The translations under genes were made by a program, and so were the position numbers. A stretch of 64,000 nucleotides of DNA from Devosia sp. (lineage in GTDB: Bacteria > Pseudomonadota > Alphaproteobacteria > Rhizobiales > Devosiaceae), in NCBI RefSeq assembly GCF_028290625.1, contig NZ_JAQGJM010000021.1:253-64252 (forward strand), in the 5' to 3' direction. Below the pieces are notes generated by a model. The model was not told the DNA's origin. It did not search any database and saw only the letters and a list, made by a program, of their open reading frames with translations. Shown piece after piece: positions 37,606 through 46,474 of this stretch (its first letter is position 1; each line of letters begins with the position of its first letter).

Positions 37606-37641
37606 CCTAGACGTCTAGACACCTAGGTGCCTAGACGTCTA
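37606..37641. promoter_or_regulatory. Two perfect 12-bp palindromes (ctagacgtctag) flanking a 10-bp palindrome (cacctaggtg): candidate operator array
   Basis: ctagacgtctag at 37606-37617 and 37630-37641, and cacctaggtg at 37619-37628. The array lies in the divergent intergenic region between the RHH gene (-) and the 208-aa ORF (+), and a TTGACT hexamer follows at 37645-37650. Confidence 0.6.
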
Positions 37642-37730
37642 GGTGTTGACTTTTCAGCATAGCGGCGCAGATTTGGCGAGACCCTGGGAATTCGGTCTCT
37701 TTTGGCAAAAACTCAATCAGGAGTACCAGA

Positions 37731-38357
37731 ATGAGCGCTGACGTTCTCTCTTTTCCCGGGCCAGTCCAGTCAACAGACACTGGCCGTGGTTTCAACTGCT
37801 TCAAAAGCGACGGGCCCATCCGCTATACTAGGCGCTGCTGTCGCGACGCGCTGATCCAGGCAACCCTCGATCCCGACATTGTTCGCATCTTCGAACCCGA
37901 CGTGGCCCGCACCACCCCCAAGGACACGTTTTTCAATTTCGGCGTCGAAATCGGCGAGCGGCGCTGTTTGCTCGCACTTTGCGACGAGACCAATGGAGAA
38001 ACATTCTCCGCGCCCTCAGGCTTTGACCTTGGAATCTGCTTCAACCGCGATGCAATCCTGGCTGAGCCTGCGCTGACGACCTCACGCACAGTTTGGTCCC
38101 GTCGTGATGTTCTGGTGCCGCCGGCATTTTCGGTGCGCGTGCTTCGCCGGCTTGCGACGGCGGATGTCGGGTTGGGGCTCGGCGAACTCGAGGACGAGTT
38201 GGTCGACGAGCCAAAAAGATGGGTCGACTACATCCTGTCGATGGTTTGTGCCGGCCTCGTGAGTTGCGACTGCCGCCACCCCATCACTGACGATACCAGG
38301 GTTGGTTTGGGTCCACCTTCTGGGCGGCGAGCAACTCAGAAGCATTGGCTCTACTGA
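37731..38357 (+). CDS. Hypothetical protein (208 aa)
   Basis: ORF with host-like codon bias immediately upstream of the Tn7-like module. Only a weak resemblance to the TnsA-N/endonuclease-fold pattern (RDALIQATLDPDIVRIFEPD), and the catalytic residues are absent. Confidence 0.5.
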   Translation: MSADVLSFPGPVQSTDTGRGFNCFKSDGPIRYTRRCCRDALIQATLDPDIVRIFEPDVARTTPKDTFFNFGVEIGERRCLLALCDETNGETFSAPSGFDLGICFNRDAILAEPALTTSRTVWSRRDVLVPPAFSVRVLRRLATADVGLGLGELEDELVDEPKRWVDYILSMVCAGLVSCDCRHPITDDTRVGLGPPSGRRATQKHWLY

Positions 38358-38752
38358 GCATATTTTTTGAGGTCAGGTCCGACCACCGGCCCGTTCGCTT
38401 GCGGAAAGCGAAAAAGATTCGACTCTCACATTTGCTGACAAGCCGTTGGATTCGCGTAAGGATTCAAGAGAGTGAATCAAGCCGCTGATTTGACTTACGT
38501 TTTTCGTTTTGAATTTTCACTCACTGCCCAGAAGTTGAAGTTAACGAAACCGATAGGAGCGAGACGAAAACCGGCAGATGAAAAAAGAACGGCCAGATCA
38601 GCGCAAGCCGACCCAGCCATCCCAATAACCAAGTTCCAGTTCGCTTATCCCCGCGAAGGCCGGCGGACTGGCACAGCATCACACCGTGTAAGTCCAGAAT
38701 CTTCGTTCGGCATGAAAATGTCAAGCGGGCCTGGCCACGGCATGGAGAAACC

Positions 38753-39424
38753 ATGCTTGATTCTACATCCTTCACCCCTACCCTGCACAGCCGCGCCTCG
38801 CGGCACATCGCCCTTCGAGCAAAGGGGCACTTTTCCGGCGCCTGCGTCATATACAAGGGCGGGACGCGCCAACTCGTCGTCTTTGAATCGCGGTGTGAAC
38901 TCGTGACCAGCTACCGCTGGTCCACCCGTCCCGACGTCGTCGACCTCATCGATCAGTATCCACTCGATCCCTACGTCGATGACGACGGGTCTGAGCACCG
39001 CCACGTGCTGGACTTCCTTGCGATCATGGACGACGGCCGACGGATCGGCCTCTCGGTGAAGCCCGAGGGTTCAGCGCAGCGCCGCGACTTCCGCCGCACC
39101 CTGCAGCTGATCTTGGCCCAAAACGCGGACCACCTGGACGAACTGCGCCTTGTGACTGAGAAGTCATTCACTCGGGCAGAAGCCGAAAACGCGGAACTGA
39201 TCCATTTCGTCGGCTCCGAAATCGACGACGAAGCGGATCGCCTGGTCGCAGATGTGATCGCCAGCCTCGCTGGAACGACCACGATCGAGAGCATCGTCAA
39301 CGCCACAGGCCTCGAAGGCCGCGCCTTCCGCGCCGTCATTCGCATGGTGGGTCGACGGGTCTGTTTCCAGGTCGATGAAGGTCGGCTGCGCTATCCCACA
39401 CTCGTACGCAGGAATGCAGCATGA
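38753..39424 (+). CDS. tnsA: TnsA-like endonuclease (Tn7-type transposition protein A)
   Basis: Restriction-endonuclease-fold motifs in order: VVFESRCE, HVLDFLAIMDDGRRIGLSVKPEGS (E...D...xK). Confidence 0.75.
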   Translation: MLDSTSFTPTLHSRASRHIALRAKGHFSGACVIYKGGTRQLVVFESRCELVTSYRWSTRPDVVDLIDQYPLDPYVDDDGSEHRHVLDFLAIMDDGRRIGLSVKPEGSAQRRDFRRTLQLILAQNADHLDELRLVTEKSFTRAEAENAELIHFVGSEIDDEADRLVADVIASLAGTTTIESIVNATGLEGRAFRAVIRMVGRRVCFQVDEGRLRYPTLVRRNAA

Positions 39425-39660
39425 ACCCGTTCCGTTTTTCCGCTGCCGACACCGTCAAGATCGCCGGAACCGTGTTTCAGCTCTGCGACGTGCGGCTGGA
39501 TGGCTATCTCCTTCGCCGCGCCCCCGACAATGCTGCCGAGTTCCACAGCAACGCCCAACTGATGGACATGTGGGTCCACGGCCTCGTTGACCCGCAGTTT
39601 GCTAACCCTGGTCCTTACTGGCAGGGGAAGATGCCAGACGCAGACGGTGCTGCGAAATGA
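39421..39660 (+). CDS. Small protein (79 aa) coupled between tnsA and tnsB
   Basis: ATGA overlaps at both ends (39421-39424 and 39657-39660). Weak similarity to the first ~50 aa of the downstream TnsB. Confidence 0.5.
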   Translation: MNPFRFSAADTVKIAGTVFQLCDVRLDGYLLRRAPDNAAEFHSNAQLMDMWVHGLVDPQFANPGPYWQGKMPDADGAAK

Positions 39661-41804
39661 CCCGGCTCCGTCTCGCCACTGTCGACAGACTTACCATCCA
39701 CTCCACCTTCTATCGCCCCATTGAAGACAATGAGGAGGGCGTTCTGTTGGAACGCCCCGACGGGCTGAAGGAGTCCTTCACCCATGAACAGCTGGAGGCC
39801 CTCTGGGGCAGCAACAGTTTGACGTTCGAGCCGGGCTATTACAGCGAGGCCAGGGCACGCATTCGCCTTCATACTGATGAAGAGCTTCTCAGCAACCTCT
39901 CCCCGGCCGAGCGGGAAGCATGCCTGTGGCGTCAGGCATATTGCGACCTGTTCCTGAAGTCGCGGGCCACCGACCCCAAGAAGTACAAGCGCACCAATGA
40001 CAGCGCATCGGCTGCCGCCTTGGATTTTGCGCCCATCATCGAGAAGTTGGGGCTCAAGGCTCCCGACAGCGTCGGGACACAGGCAAAAAGCCCGAAACGG
40101 AAGACGCGTGCCAAACCGAAGCTGACGGTCCAGCCCCCAGAAAAAGTCGGCGTTCCTTCGGGTCGCGCACTGCTGGGCTGGGTGCGGCTGTACGAGCGCA
40201 ATGGATGCTACGCCATAAGCCTGCGCGACAACCGCAGATTTTCGGGTAACTTCAATCCGCGTTTTGTCGCCGAAGTGCTGCACCTTCTCGCGCTCGTGGT
40301 GAAGCGCTTCGCCTCGGCGGAGCGGCCCACGAAAACTGAAGTCCACGCCAATCTCGAACGAGCGATCAAGAAGGCCAACAGGGCCCGCAAGCTCGAGAAC
40401 CTCGATCCCTTGCCCACACCCGGACGTGACATGACGGATGAGGCGATCGATCGCCTCCCGAAGTACGCCACGATGGTAGCCCGGTACAACAAAGAATACG
40501 CCGACAAGCACATGCCCTGGGTTGGTGCTGGCCTGCAGGTCGATATTCCGGGCCTCCGCATCGAAATCGATGAGCACGAAATCGATCTCATGACGCTGTG
40601 TTGCGTCGCGGGGATATGGGATCAGTTGACCGAAGAGGAACGCGCCAACATCGAGCGCGCTCGTCGCCTGGTCATCATTGCGATCTGCGTGGCCACCAAG
40701 GTCATCCTCGCCCTTCGGATCATCGACCGTGCCACGCCCATGGCGCAGCTGAAGGCGCTGGAGATGATCTCGCAGGACAAAACTCGATATGCACTGGCCG
40801 CTTCCGCCAAGTCCACCTGGCATCAGAGATGTGGCCTGAGCGGCGTGGTGACGGATTGGAATTTCCTGTCCCACGAGGTGCGCACGGCCGTGGCGGACTC
40901 CGGCGGCACGCTGGAATTTCCAGGCGCCGGCGACGCCCCGGCTCGTGGCACGGTCGAGCACGTTTTCTATACTGCCAGCCTGGGTCCAATTGCCCGTCTG
41001 CCGGGCCGGACGTTTTCCAATCCCGTCGTCAAGGCCGATCACGATTCCCAGGGGCGTGCGGGTGTCACCGACGATGAACTGGCCGACGTTCTCGTCAACT
41101 GGGCCGTCGACAACTACCACAACACCGCACACGACTCCCTCCATGGGGCGACGCCGGCTAACACTTGGGAGCACGCGGTCCGGCGCTATGGAATCAAGCC
41201 GCCGCCAGACCAGCGAACCCTGCGGGCCATCCACGGCATAAAGCTCAAGCGCACGATCAGCAGCCGCGGCATCCGCGTCATGTCGAACTATTACCGGACG
41301 GAAAGCGGGCCATTGGGCGAACACTTCCGCGATAGCAACGACCTTGAGGTCGAGATCCGCGTAAACACCGACAATCTGGGGGCCATATCGGTACGCCTGC
41401 CCACCGGAAAGCTGATTGAGGTGCCTTGCCGTGAGGCCTCGATGGAGGGGGTCACTGCGCAGTGGTGGATCGCTGCCACCACGCACCTGCGAACTCAAAA
41501 TCGGCATGAAAGCAATTTGTCGCGCGAGGTGGCTCTTGAGTCCCTCGACTATGTCGACAACCTCGCTCAACGCGCCCACAGCCGGGCCAATGTGAGGGCC
41601 TACCTGTATTCCCCCGAGGAGATCGACCAGGCCGAGGTCGCGTATTTCTACCACCTCGAATTCGCCGACCAACGCCGTCCCGCCGCGGACGACGGCTATG
41701 GCGAAGTAATTTCGGCGGAAAGCCCGGCGTCGAAACCGGTTGACCAGCCCGAAACCCCGCCTTCTCCCCTCCCCTCGCCTGCAAAGAACTGGAGCCTGGA
41801 CTGA
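39657..41804 (+). CDS. tnsB: TnsB-like DDE transposase (Mu/Tn7 family, rve-type catalytic core)
   Basis: 715 aa. Catalytic-core stretch LRIEIDEHEIDLMTL, GTVEHVFYT and NYHNTAHDSLHGATPANTWE (typical integrase-core end), plus a C-terminal acidic/Pro-rich tail. Confidence 0.85.
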   Translation: MTRLRLATVDRLTIHSTFYRPIEDNEEGVLLERPDGLKESFTHEQLEALWGSNSLTFEPGYYSEARARIRLHTDEELLSNLSPAEREACLWRQAYCDLFLKSRATDPKKYKRTNDSASAAALDFAPIIEKLGLKAPDSVGTQAKSPKRKTRAKPKLTVQPPEKVGVPSGRALLGWVRLYERNGCYAISLRDNRRFSGNFNPRFVAEVLHLLALVVKRFASAERPTKTEVHANLERAIKKANRARKLENLDPLPTPGRDMTDEAIDRLPKYATMVARYNKEYADKHMPWVGAGLQVDIPGLRIEIDEHEIDLMTLCCVAGIWDQLTEEERANIERARRLVIIAICVATKVILALRIIDRATPMAQLKALEMISQDKTRYALAASAKSTWHQRCGLSGVVTDWNFLSHEVRTAVADSGGTLEFPGAGDAPARGTVEHVFYTASLGPIARLPGRTFSNPVVKADHDSQGRAGVTDDELADVLVNWAVDNYHNTAHDSLHGATPANTWEHAVRRYGIKPPPDQRTLRAIHGIKLKRTISSRGIRVMSNYYRTESGPLGEHFRDSNDLEVEIRVNTDNLGAISVRLPTGKLIEVPCREASMEGVTAQWWIAATTHLRTQNRHESNLSREVALESLDYVDNLAQRAHSRANVRAYLYSPEEIDQAEVAYFYHLEFADQRRPAADDGYGEVISAESPASKPVDQPETPPSPLPSPAKNWSLD

Positions 41805-41806
41805 GC

Positions 41807-42817
41807 ATGGAACACTTTCCCCTTCCGCCTAGCTTCGATCGGCTGACGGCCTTGCGCTCAAAGTACGTCACGACCTCGCGTGACCAGAAGGTCAGCACCA
41901 TCATCGACACCATCCTGACAAACCGCGAAATCGCCCATCGCATCTCTCAGCCGCTTTCGCGCGTGGGCATGATCGTCACTGCCGGCTCCGGGGCCGGCAA
42001 AACAACCACACTGATCCGGGGAATTCAACGCCATCCAGCTCTTCAACCAACAAGCGACGACGACTTGCCGGCCGTTTGCTTCAAGGTCGAAAGCCCTGTC
42101 ACATTGAAAGCCCTCGCCCTGCAGATGCTCCGCCAGCTCGGCTACCCCGTCAACGGAAAGGGTACCCGCGCGAACTATTGGGAGGACGTCCGCCAGCATC
42201 TGATGCTTCGGAATACAAAGCTGATCTGGCTGGACGAAAGCCAGGATGTCTTTGCTGGACGCAATGCCCGCGACGCCGGCGAAGTGCTCAGCACACTGAA
42301 GGGGCTCATGAGCGGACCCGATTGGCCCGTAGCCCTCGTTCTGTCGGGTGTTCCGGATCTGCTCGATCAATGCGCTCACGATCGACAACTCCTGCGAAGG
42401 ACCTTTCCGGTGGCGCTGGAACCGATATCCGCCGCCGCCGATGGCGAGGCGCTTCGGAGCATCATCGCCGAGTATTGTGCCGTTGCCGGTGTCAGCCACA
42501 CCCTGCCCGATGACTTGGTCGCCCGTCTGATCCACGCTACGGGCGGGATGCTCGGGACCTCTCTCGAACTGATCGTGGATGCGCTGCAAGACTTGCTTCT
42601 AGCGAACGGCCATGTCCTGACCATCGATAACTTCGTGCGCGCCTACCAGCAGCACAACGACCGCCCGACGCCGCTCAACATCTTTCTCGTGGCTGGTTGG
42701 CAGTCGATCAGCACCAACGCAACCCAAACCAGTGCGGCGGCCACGCCGGCTGCTGCCAGTCTCAAAAGCGATGCAAAGCGGAGAAAATCGATCGATCGGA
42801 GCCAAGGACCATGGTGA
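41807..42817 (+). CDS. tnsC: TnsC/TniB-like AAA+ transposition ATPase
   Basis: Walker A MIVTAGSGAGKTTTLIRG and Walker B KLIWLDESQDVF. Positioned between the transposase and tniQ. Confidence 0.88.
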   Translation: MEHFPLPPSFDRLTALRSKYVTTSRDQKVSTIIDTILTNREIAHRISQPLSRVGMIVTAGSGAGKTTTLIRGIQRHPALQPTSDDDLPAVCFKVESPVTLKALALQMLRQLGYPVNGKGTRANYWEDVRQHLMLRNTKLIWLDESQDVFAGRNARDAGEVLSTLKGLMSGPDWPVALVLSGVPDLLDQCAHDRQLLRRTFPVALEPISAAADGEALRSIIAEYCAVAGVSHTLPDDLVARLIHATGGMLGTSLELIVDALQDLLLANGHVLTIDNFVRAYQQHNDRPTPLNIFLVAGWQSISTNATQTSAAATPAAASLKSDAKRRKSIDRSQGPW

Positions 42818-44628
42818 AACTGGCTCTGACTGTGCCCTCGATAACCCATGAAACGCCCTTGTCGCTGGCGTTTCGACTGGCGTCCCGCAACGCCCGTGCT
42901 TCAGCACGAAGATTCTGCTCTGACATGGCGCTGTCTTTCGAAAAGCTGTTTGACGGTGACGTCGAGCTTACGGCCTCGCTCGCAGAGTTGGCGGGGATTG
43001 TCGAAGAGGAGCTGGCGTCCTCATCTATTCGCCGCGTCGGCGTGAAGATGTACATGTTGGGCCACGAGCCTCTGCATCCGAGCATCTTGCGCCGAGAAGC
43101 GGTTCGGGTGTGTCCCGCCTGCGTCCTTCACGATCGTCTCATGACAAATTTGCCGCCGGGCGCTTCCATGGCCGGCCGCGTGGCTTGGCAGCTGCGTCCC
43201 GCCCGCACCTGTATCGAGCACCATTTGCCCCTACTGACCTTTCCAATAAACGGAACGAATGACCATCACGACTTCGGCTTTTGGCTCGACAGAGTGCCGG
43301 TGCGCGATTTGCTCCGGGCGGCCCAAACAGAATGCCGCTCGCCGAGTGGGTTGGAGGAATACCTTGATCGGCGCCTCTTTCACGCGGCACGAACGGGATC
43401 CTGGCTGGACGATATCCCCATCGGCGCCCTCTCCCGGTGCTGTGAAATCGTGGGAGCCATGATCGATCATGGCCGTGATGTTCGTCTCGACTCGCTCGGC
43501 GAGGACGCCCTGCACAAAGCTGGTGGCGTGGGGTTCGCCATCTTGGTAACCGGCCCGCGTCACCTACGCGATTTCCTGGCTACGCTCCAAGAACGGTCGG
43601 GTCTTGCCGGCCCCGCTGGCGCACAGCAAATGTTTGGGGCGCTGTATAAGTGGCTGGCGTTTTCGGCATCCGGCTCTGACGCCGATGCCATACGTCAGGT
43701 CGTGCGGACCCACATTGTCGAAACCCTGCCTGTCGGCCCCAAAGACAATGTCCTCGGCTTGCCCGTCGAGAAACGGGTGATCCATTCAGTGTCAACGGCG
43801 GCCGCCGAGTACGGCCTCCACATCAAGACACTTCGAAACAACCTGGTTTCCGCAGGTATTGTCACCGCCGACGAAACCGTGGTGCACGCGCAAGCAGTGT
43901 TCAAAGCCGACGAGAACGAATCCCTGCTCGATCGCCTGCGGCGAGGCATGCCAGCGATCGCCCTGCGCAAGTACATGCACATCGATCGAGTGCCACTGAC
44001 CATCATTACGACCAACCGGATCCTGTCGCCAATAGTGTCCGGCAACAATGTCGAACAACTGTTCGACTCAAGGGATGCGGATCAAATACTGGCCGATCTG
44101 GGCCGTGGTGCAGTGAGCGTGGTCGAGCCTGCCGGAAACCAAGTCAGCGTCTCTATGGCTACCCGGCGCGCGAACTGCTCCCTCCTTGAAACACTTAGGC
44201 TGATGCTGGCTGGCGAACTCACCTGGGTAGGCCTTCTCGATCGCGAGGAAGGGTATCGCGCCTTGCTAATCGATCACCAAGAACTTCGTCAAAAGGTGGC
44301 CTTGCCGCCGTTAGAAGGCTTGATCCCGAGCGCAATCATCAGGAAACTTGGCATCAGGGGGGATGCCGTTCAGAAAATAATTTCATCGGGGCACTTGAGT
44401 ACCCTTGCCGGGATCAATCCGACGAAGCGCTGTCCTCAGCGCGTCGTGCCGTTCGAGGCGTTTGACAGGTTTAACGCCACCTATATTTCGTTGCGGGATG
44501 TCGCCCGCCAGATGAACCAGGCCTCGGCGCGAAAGGCGCTGGCGCTCCTCGCCAACGACGACATCTTTCCGGTACGCGAGTTTCAGAGTTATGGCGCCTA
44601 CTTGTTTTTGAGATCCAGCCTGAAATAG
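42811..44628 (+). CDS. tniQ: TniQ/TnsD-family target-selection protein
   Basis: N-terminal TniQ pattern ETPLSLAFRLASRNARASARRFC and a Cys cluster VRVCPACVLHD..CIEHH. ATGGTGA overlap with tnsC. Start moved to ATG 42811. Confidence 0.85.
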   Translation: MVKLALTVPSITHETPLSLAFRLASRNARASARRFCSDMALSFEKLFDGDVELTASLAELAGIVEEELASSSIRRVGVKMYMLGHEPLHPSILRREAVRVCPACVLHDRLMTNLPPGASMAGRVAWQLRPARTCIEHHLPLLTFPINGTNDHHDFGFWLDRVPVRDLLRAAQTECRSPSGLEEYLDRRLFHAARTGSWLDDIPIGALSRCCEIVGAMIDHGRDVRLDSLGEDALHKAGGVGFAILVTGPRHLRDFLATLQERSGLAGPAGAQQMFGALYKWLAFSASGSDADAIRQVVRTHIVETLPVGPKDNVLGLPVEKRVIHSVSTAAAEYGLHIKTLRNNLVSAGIVTADETVVHAQAVFKADENESLLDRLRRGMPAIALRKYMHIDRVPLTIITTNRILSPIVSGNNVEQLFDSRDADQILADLGRGAVSVVEPAGNQVSVSMATRRANCSLLETLRLMLAGELTWVGLLDREEGYRALLIDHQELRQKVALPPLEGLIPSAIIRKLGIRGDAVQKIISSGHLSTLAGINPTKRCPQRVVPFEAFDRFNATYISLRDVARQMNQASARKALALLANDDIFPVREFQSYGAYLFLRSSLK

Positions 44629-44651
44629 CTCACGCTCGGCGGCCATTTTCG

Positions 44652-44676
44652 AACCCAGCCGAGAGGCTGGGTTTTC
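44652..44676 (+). terminator. Rho-independent terminator after tniQ
   Basis: aacccagcc-gaga-ggctgggtt followed by ttc/t-rich sequence, 24 nt after the tniQ stop. Confidence 0.6.
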
Positions 44677-44782
44677 TGTCTCTGCGAAAATGTGGAGAAA
44701 ACCCGAAGGCGCTGCTTTGTCCGCACCGCTGGCAGCCTTATGGTCGAGGACAGGCAGACTAGGCGATATCGGACGGTTTTCA

Positions 44783-44805
44783 AGCCCCGGATTCCGGGCT
44801 TTTTA
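44783..44805 (+). terminator. Second terminator-like hairpin between tniQ and the hipA-like gene
   Basis: agccccgg-att-ccgggct followed by ttttt. One bulged base in the stem. Confidence 0.45.
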
Positions 44806-44889
44806 GCGTGCCTCAGTGGCAGTTCTATCCTCGGCGTCACAACGGCGGCGGCGCGTAGATGTGAACGTGCGGCAAGGTGAGTACCCTCA

Positions 44890-45657
44890 ATGGCAACGCA
44901 GCTTGATCTGATCCCGCTGACTATTGTCGAATACCAACCCTTTCCCGGTAAACCGGGAAAGGGTAGAGCCGTTTCTGATACTGGCGTGGCTTACTTCGTC
45001 AAGTCAGACAACGACATTCACTGTTGTGCAACCGAATGGGTAAGCAATCACGTCGCTGAGGCGTTGAATTTGCCCGTCACTCAGACAAAAGTTCTGCAGT
45101 TTCCTGATGGCAAGCTGGTGGTTGGCAGCGAACTGATGACCAACAGGCTTCCGGATTATCAGGTAGGCGCCCTCCTTTTGCGTGGAGAGCGACCAAATGA
45201 TCTATATCTGCCCGCACTGAACGAGCTGCTGTCGCAAATTTACGCCCTCGACTTGGCATTGGGCAATCACGATCGGCATGAGGAAAACTATTTGGTGTCT
45301 ATCGAAACGTCGGACGACGGTCGGCGAACGGGCAATCTTCGTCCCTTTGACTTTGAGTCCGCTGACATATTAAGGCGCACCGAAATACGCCTGCCAATGA
45401 ACCCGACGTCAAACACAATGCGCAAGTCGAAAGTTATCCTCGATATCCACGGTTTCAGCGCAGGCCCTGCTGACCAATTGCTGACTCGCTTTCGCCAGGG
45501 TCGTGAGTTTATTATGGATGGCGCAATCCGCGGCTTGCCCAAGGAATGGCTACCGGTTAGCCAACGAGACGCCTTCATGGCGCGAGTCGCTTCGAAGCAA
45601 TTCGGAGACGAGATCCTCAAACTTCAGCAGGGACTTAAAGATGGGACGTATCGCTGA
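44890..45657 (+). CDS. HipA-like serine/threonine kinase (kinase core only, 255 aa)
   Basis: Catalytic loop LALGNHDRHEENYLV (HipA-type GNxDxHxxN) and a DFE Mg-binding-like motif in LRPFDFESAD. Confidence 0.75.
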   Translation: MATQLDLIPLTIVEYQPFPGKPGKGRAVSDTGVAYFVKSDNDIHCCATEWVSNHVAEALNLPVTQTKVLQFPDGKLVVGSELMTNRLPDYQVGALLLRGERPNDLYLPALNELLSQIYALDLALGNHDRHEENYLVSIETSDDGRRTGNLRPFDFESADILRRTEIRLPMNPTSNTMRKSKVILDIHGFSAGPADQLLTRFRQGREFIMDGAIRGLPKEWLPVSQRDAFMARVASKQFGDEILKLQQGLKDGTYR

Positions 45658-46474
45658 ATACGCCATTTTGCGTTTCGTCCCAGAGGCACATCGCGGTGAG
45701 CTAATAAACGTTGGCTTGGTTGTGTTTCGGGATTCTCGATTGGACGTCCGGCTTTTCTTGCACGCCGCGGTTTTCAAGGCCATTGGGGTAAGTCCGACTT
45801 CCTTGGATTGGGTTTCGGCTTATCTAAGAGAGATAGATGATCCTAGCGCTGAGCCTAACCAGCGCTGGGAACGGCTATCGAAAATCCCCAGTATTGTCCT
45901 ATCCGAACCTGGCTGGCTTATGGCCGACTCTGACGAGCAATACGAGATACGCATCCAGCGGATACGAGAAGATTACATCGATCGACCGAAGTTGCCAATG
46001 AAGCGGAAGAAATCATCAAGTCTCGTCCGTGAGCTGCGGACAGTTTTTCGCGAATACCATGTCATGGGTAAAGATACGAGCGATTTACTCGATCATAAGG
46101 TGGTGCCAAATGTGCCAGTTGGTCCATCAGGTAAATTGCAAATTGACTTTGTGGTAAAAAATGGAATCTATCACGCGACTGAAACGGCAGATTTTCGATC
46201 TGCGCATGACGTAGGCACAGCCGAACTAAAAGAGGCGGCGCTAGCTGCTATCACCTTACAATGCGCACGAGAGCAGTTGGGCCATTATGGTGTCCAGTGT
46301 TACTTCGTATATTCGGCATCGGTGATTATAGAGACTGCAATTAATCCTGCGCTTCAAATCGCCGAACGCTCAGTCGATAGGATGTTCAACATCGAAAGTG
46401 GGGATCAACGCAGGGATTATTTCGATCTCATGCTCTCTGCGACGGGCTCGCCTTCTTTATTCAATTCCAATTAG
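45641..46474 (+). CDS. DUF3037 domain-containing protein
   Basis: N-terminal AEYAILRFVPEAHRGELINVGLVVF is the hallmark DUF3037 opening. Overlaps the hipA-like gene by 17 nt. Start moved to ATG 45641. Confidence 0.75.
   Translation: MGRIAEYAILRFVPEAHRGELINVGLVVFRDSRLDVRLFLHAAVFKAIGVSPTSLDWVSAYLREIDDPSAEPNQRWERLSKIPSIVLSEPGWLMADSDEQYEIRIQRIREDYIDRPKLPMKRKKSSSLVRELRTVFREYHVMGKDTSDLLDHKVVPNVPVGPSGKLQIDFVVKNGIYHATETADFRSAHDVGTAELKEAALAAITLQCAREQLGHYGVQCYFVYSASVIIETAINPALQIAERSVDRMFNIESGDQRRDYFDLMLSATGSPSLFNSN

Noticed and set aside
37599-37650. The TGTaaacc + ctagacgtctag repeats as a Tn7-like transposon end
   Set aside because: No inverted partner copy of ctagacgtctag exists anywhere else in the window. 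The perfect internal dyad symmetry and the position upstream of an RHH gene fit an operator better.
39615-41672. 685-aa ORF antisense to tnsB, plus 41858..42589 antisense to tnsC
   Set aside because: Shadow ORFs. The + strand frames carry the transposase and AAA+ motifs and are translationally coupled.
38753-46474. CRISPR-associated transposon (CAST) or TnsE-type dual-pathway Tn7
   Set aside because: No cas genes, no CRISPR repeats and no TnsE-like gene follow tniQ. The cargo is only the HipA-like/DUF3037 pair.
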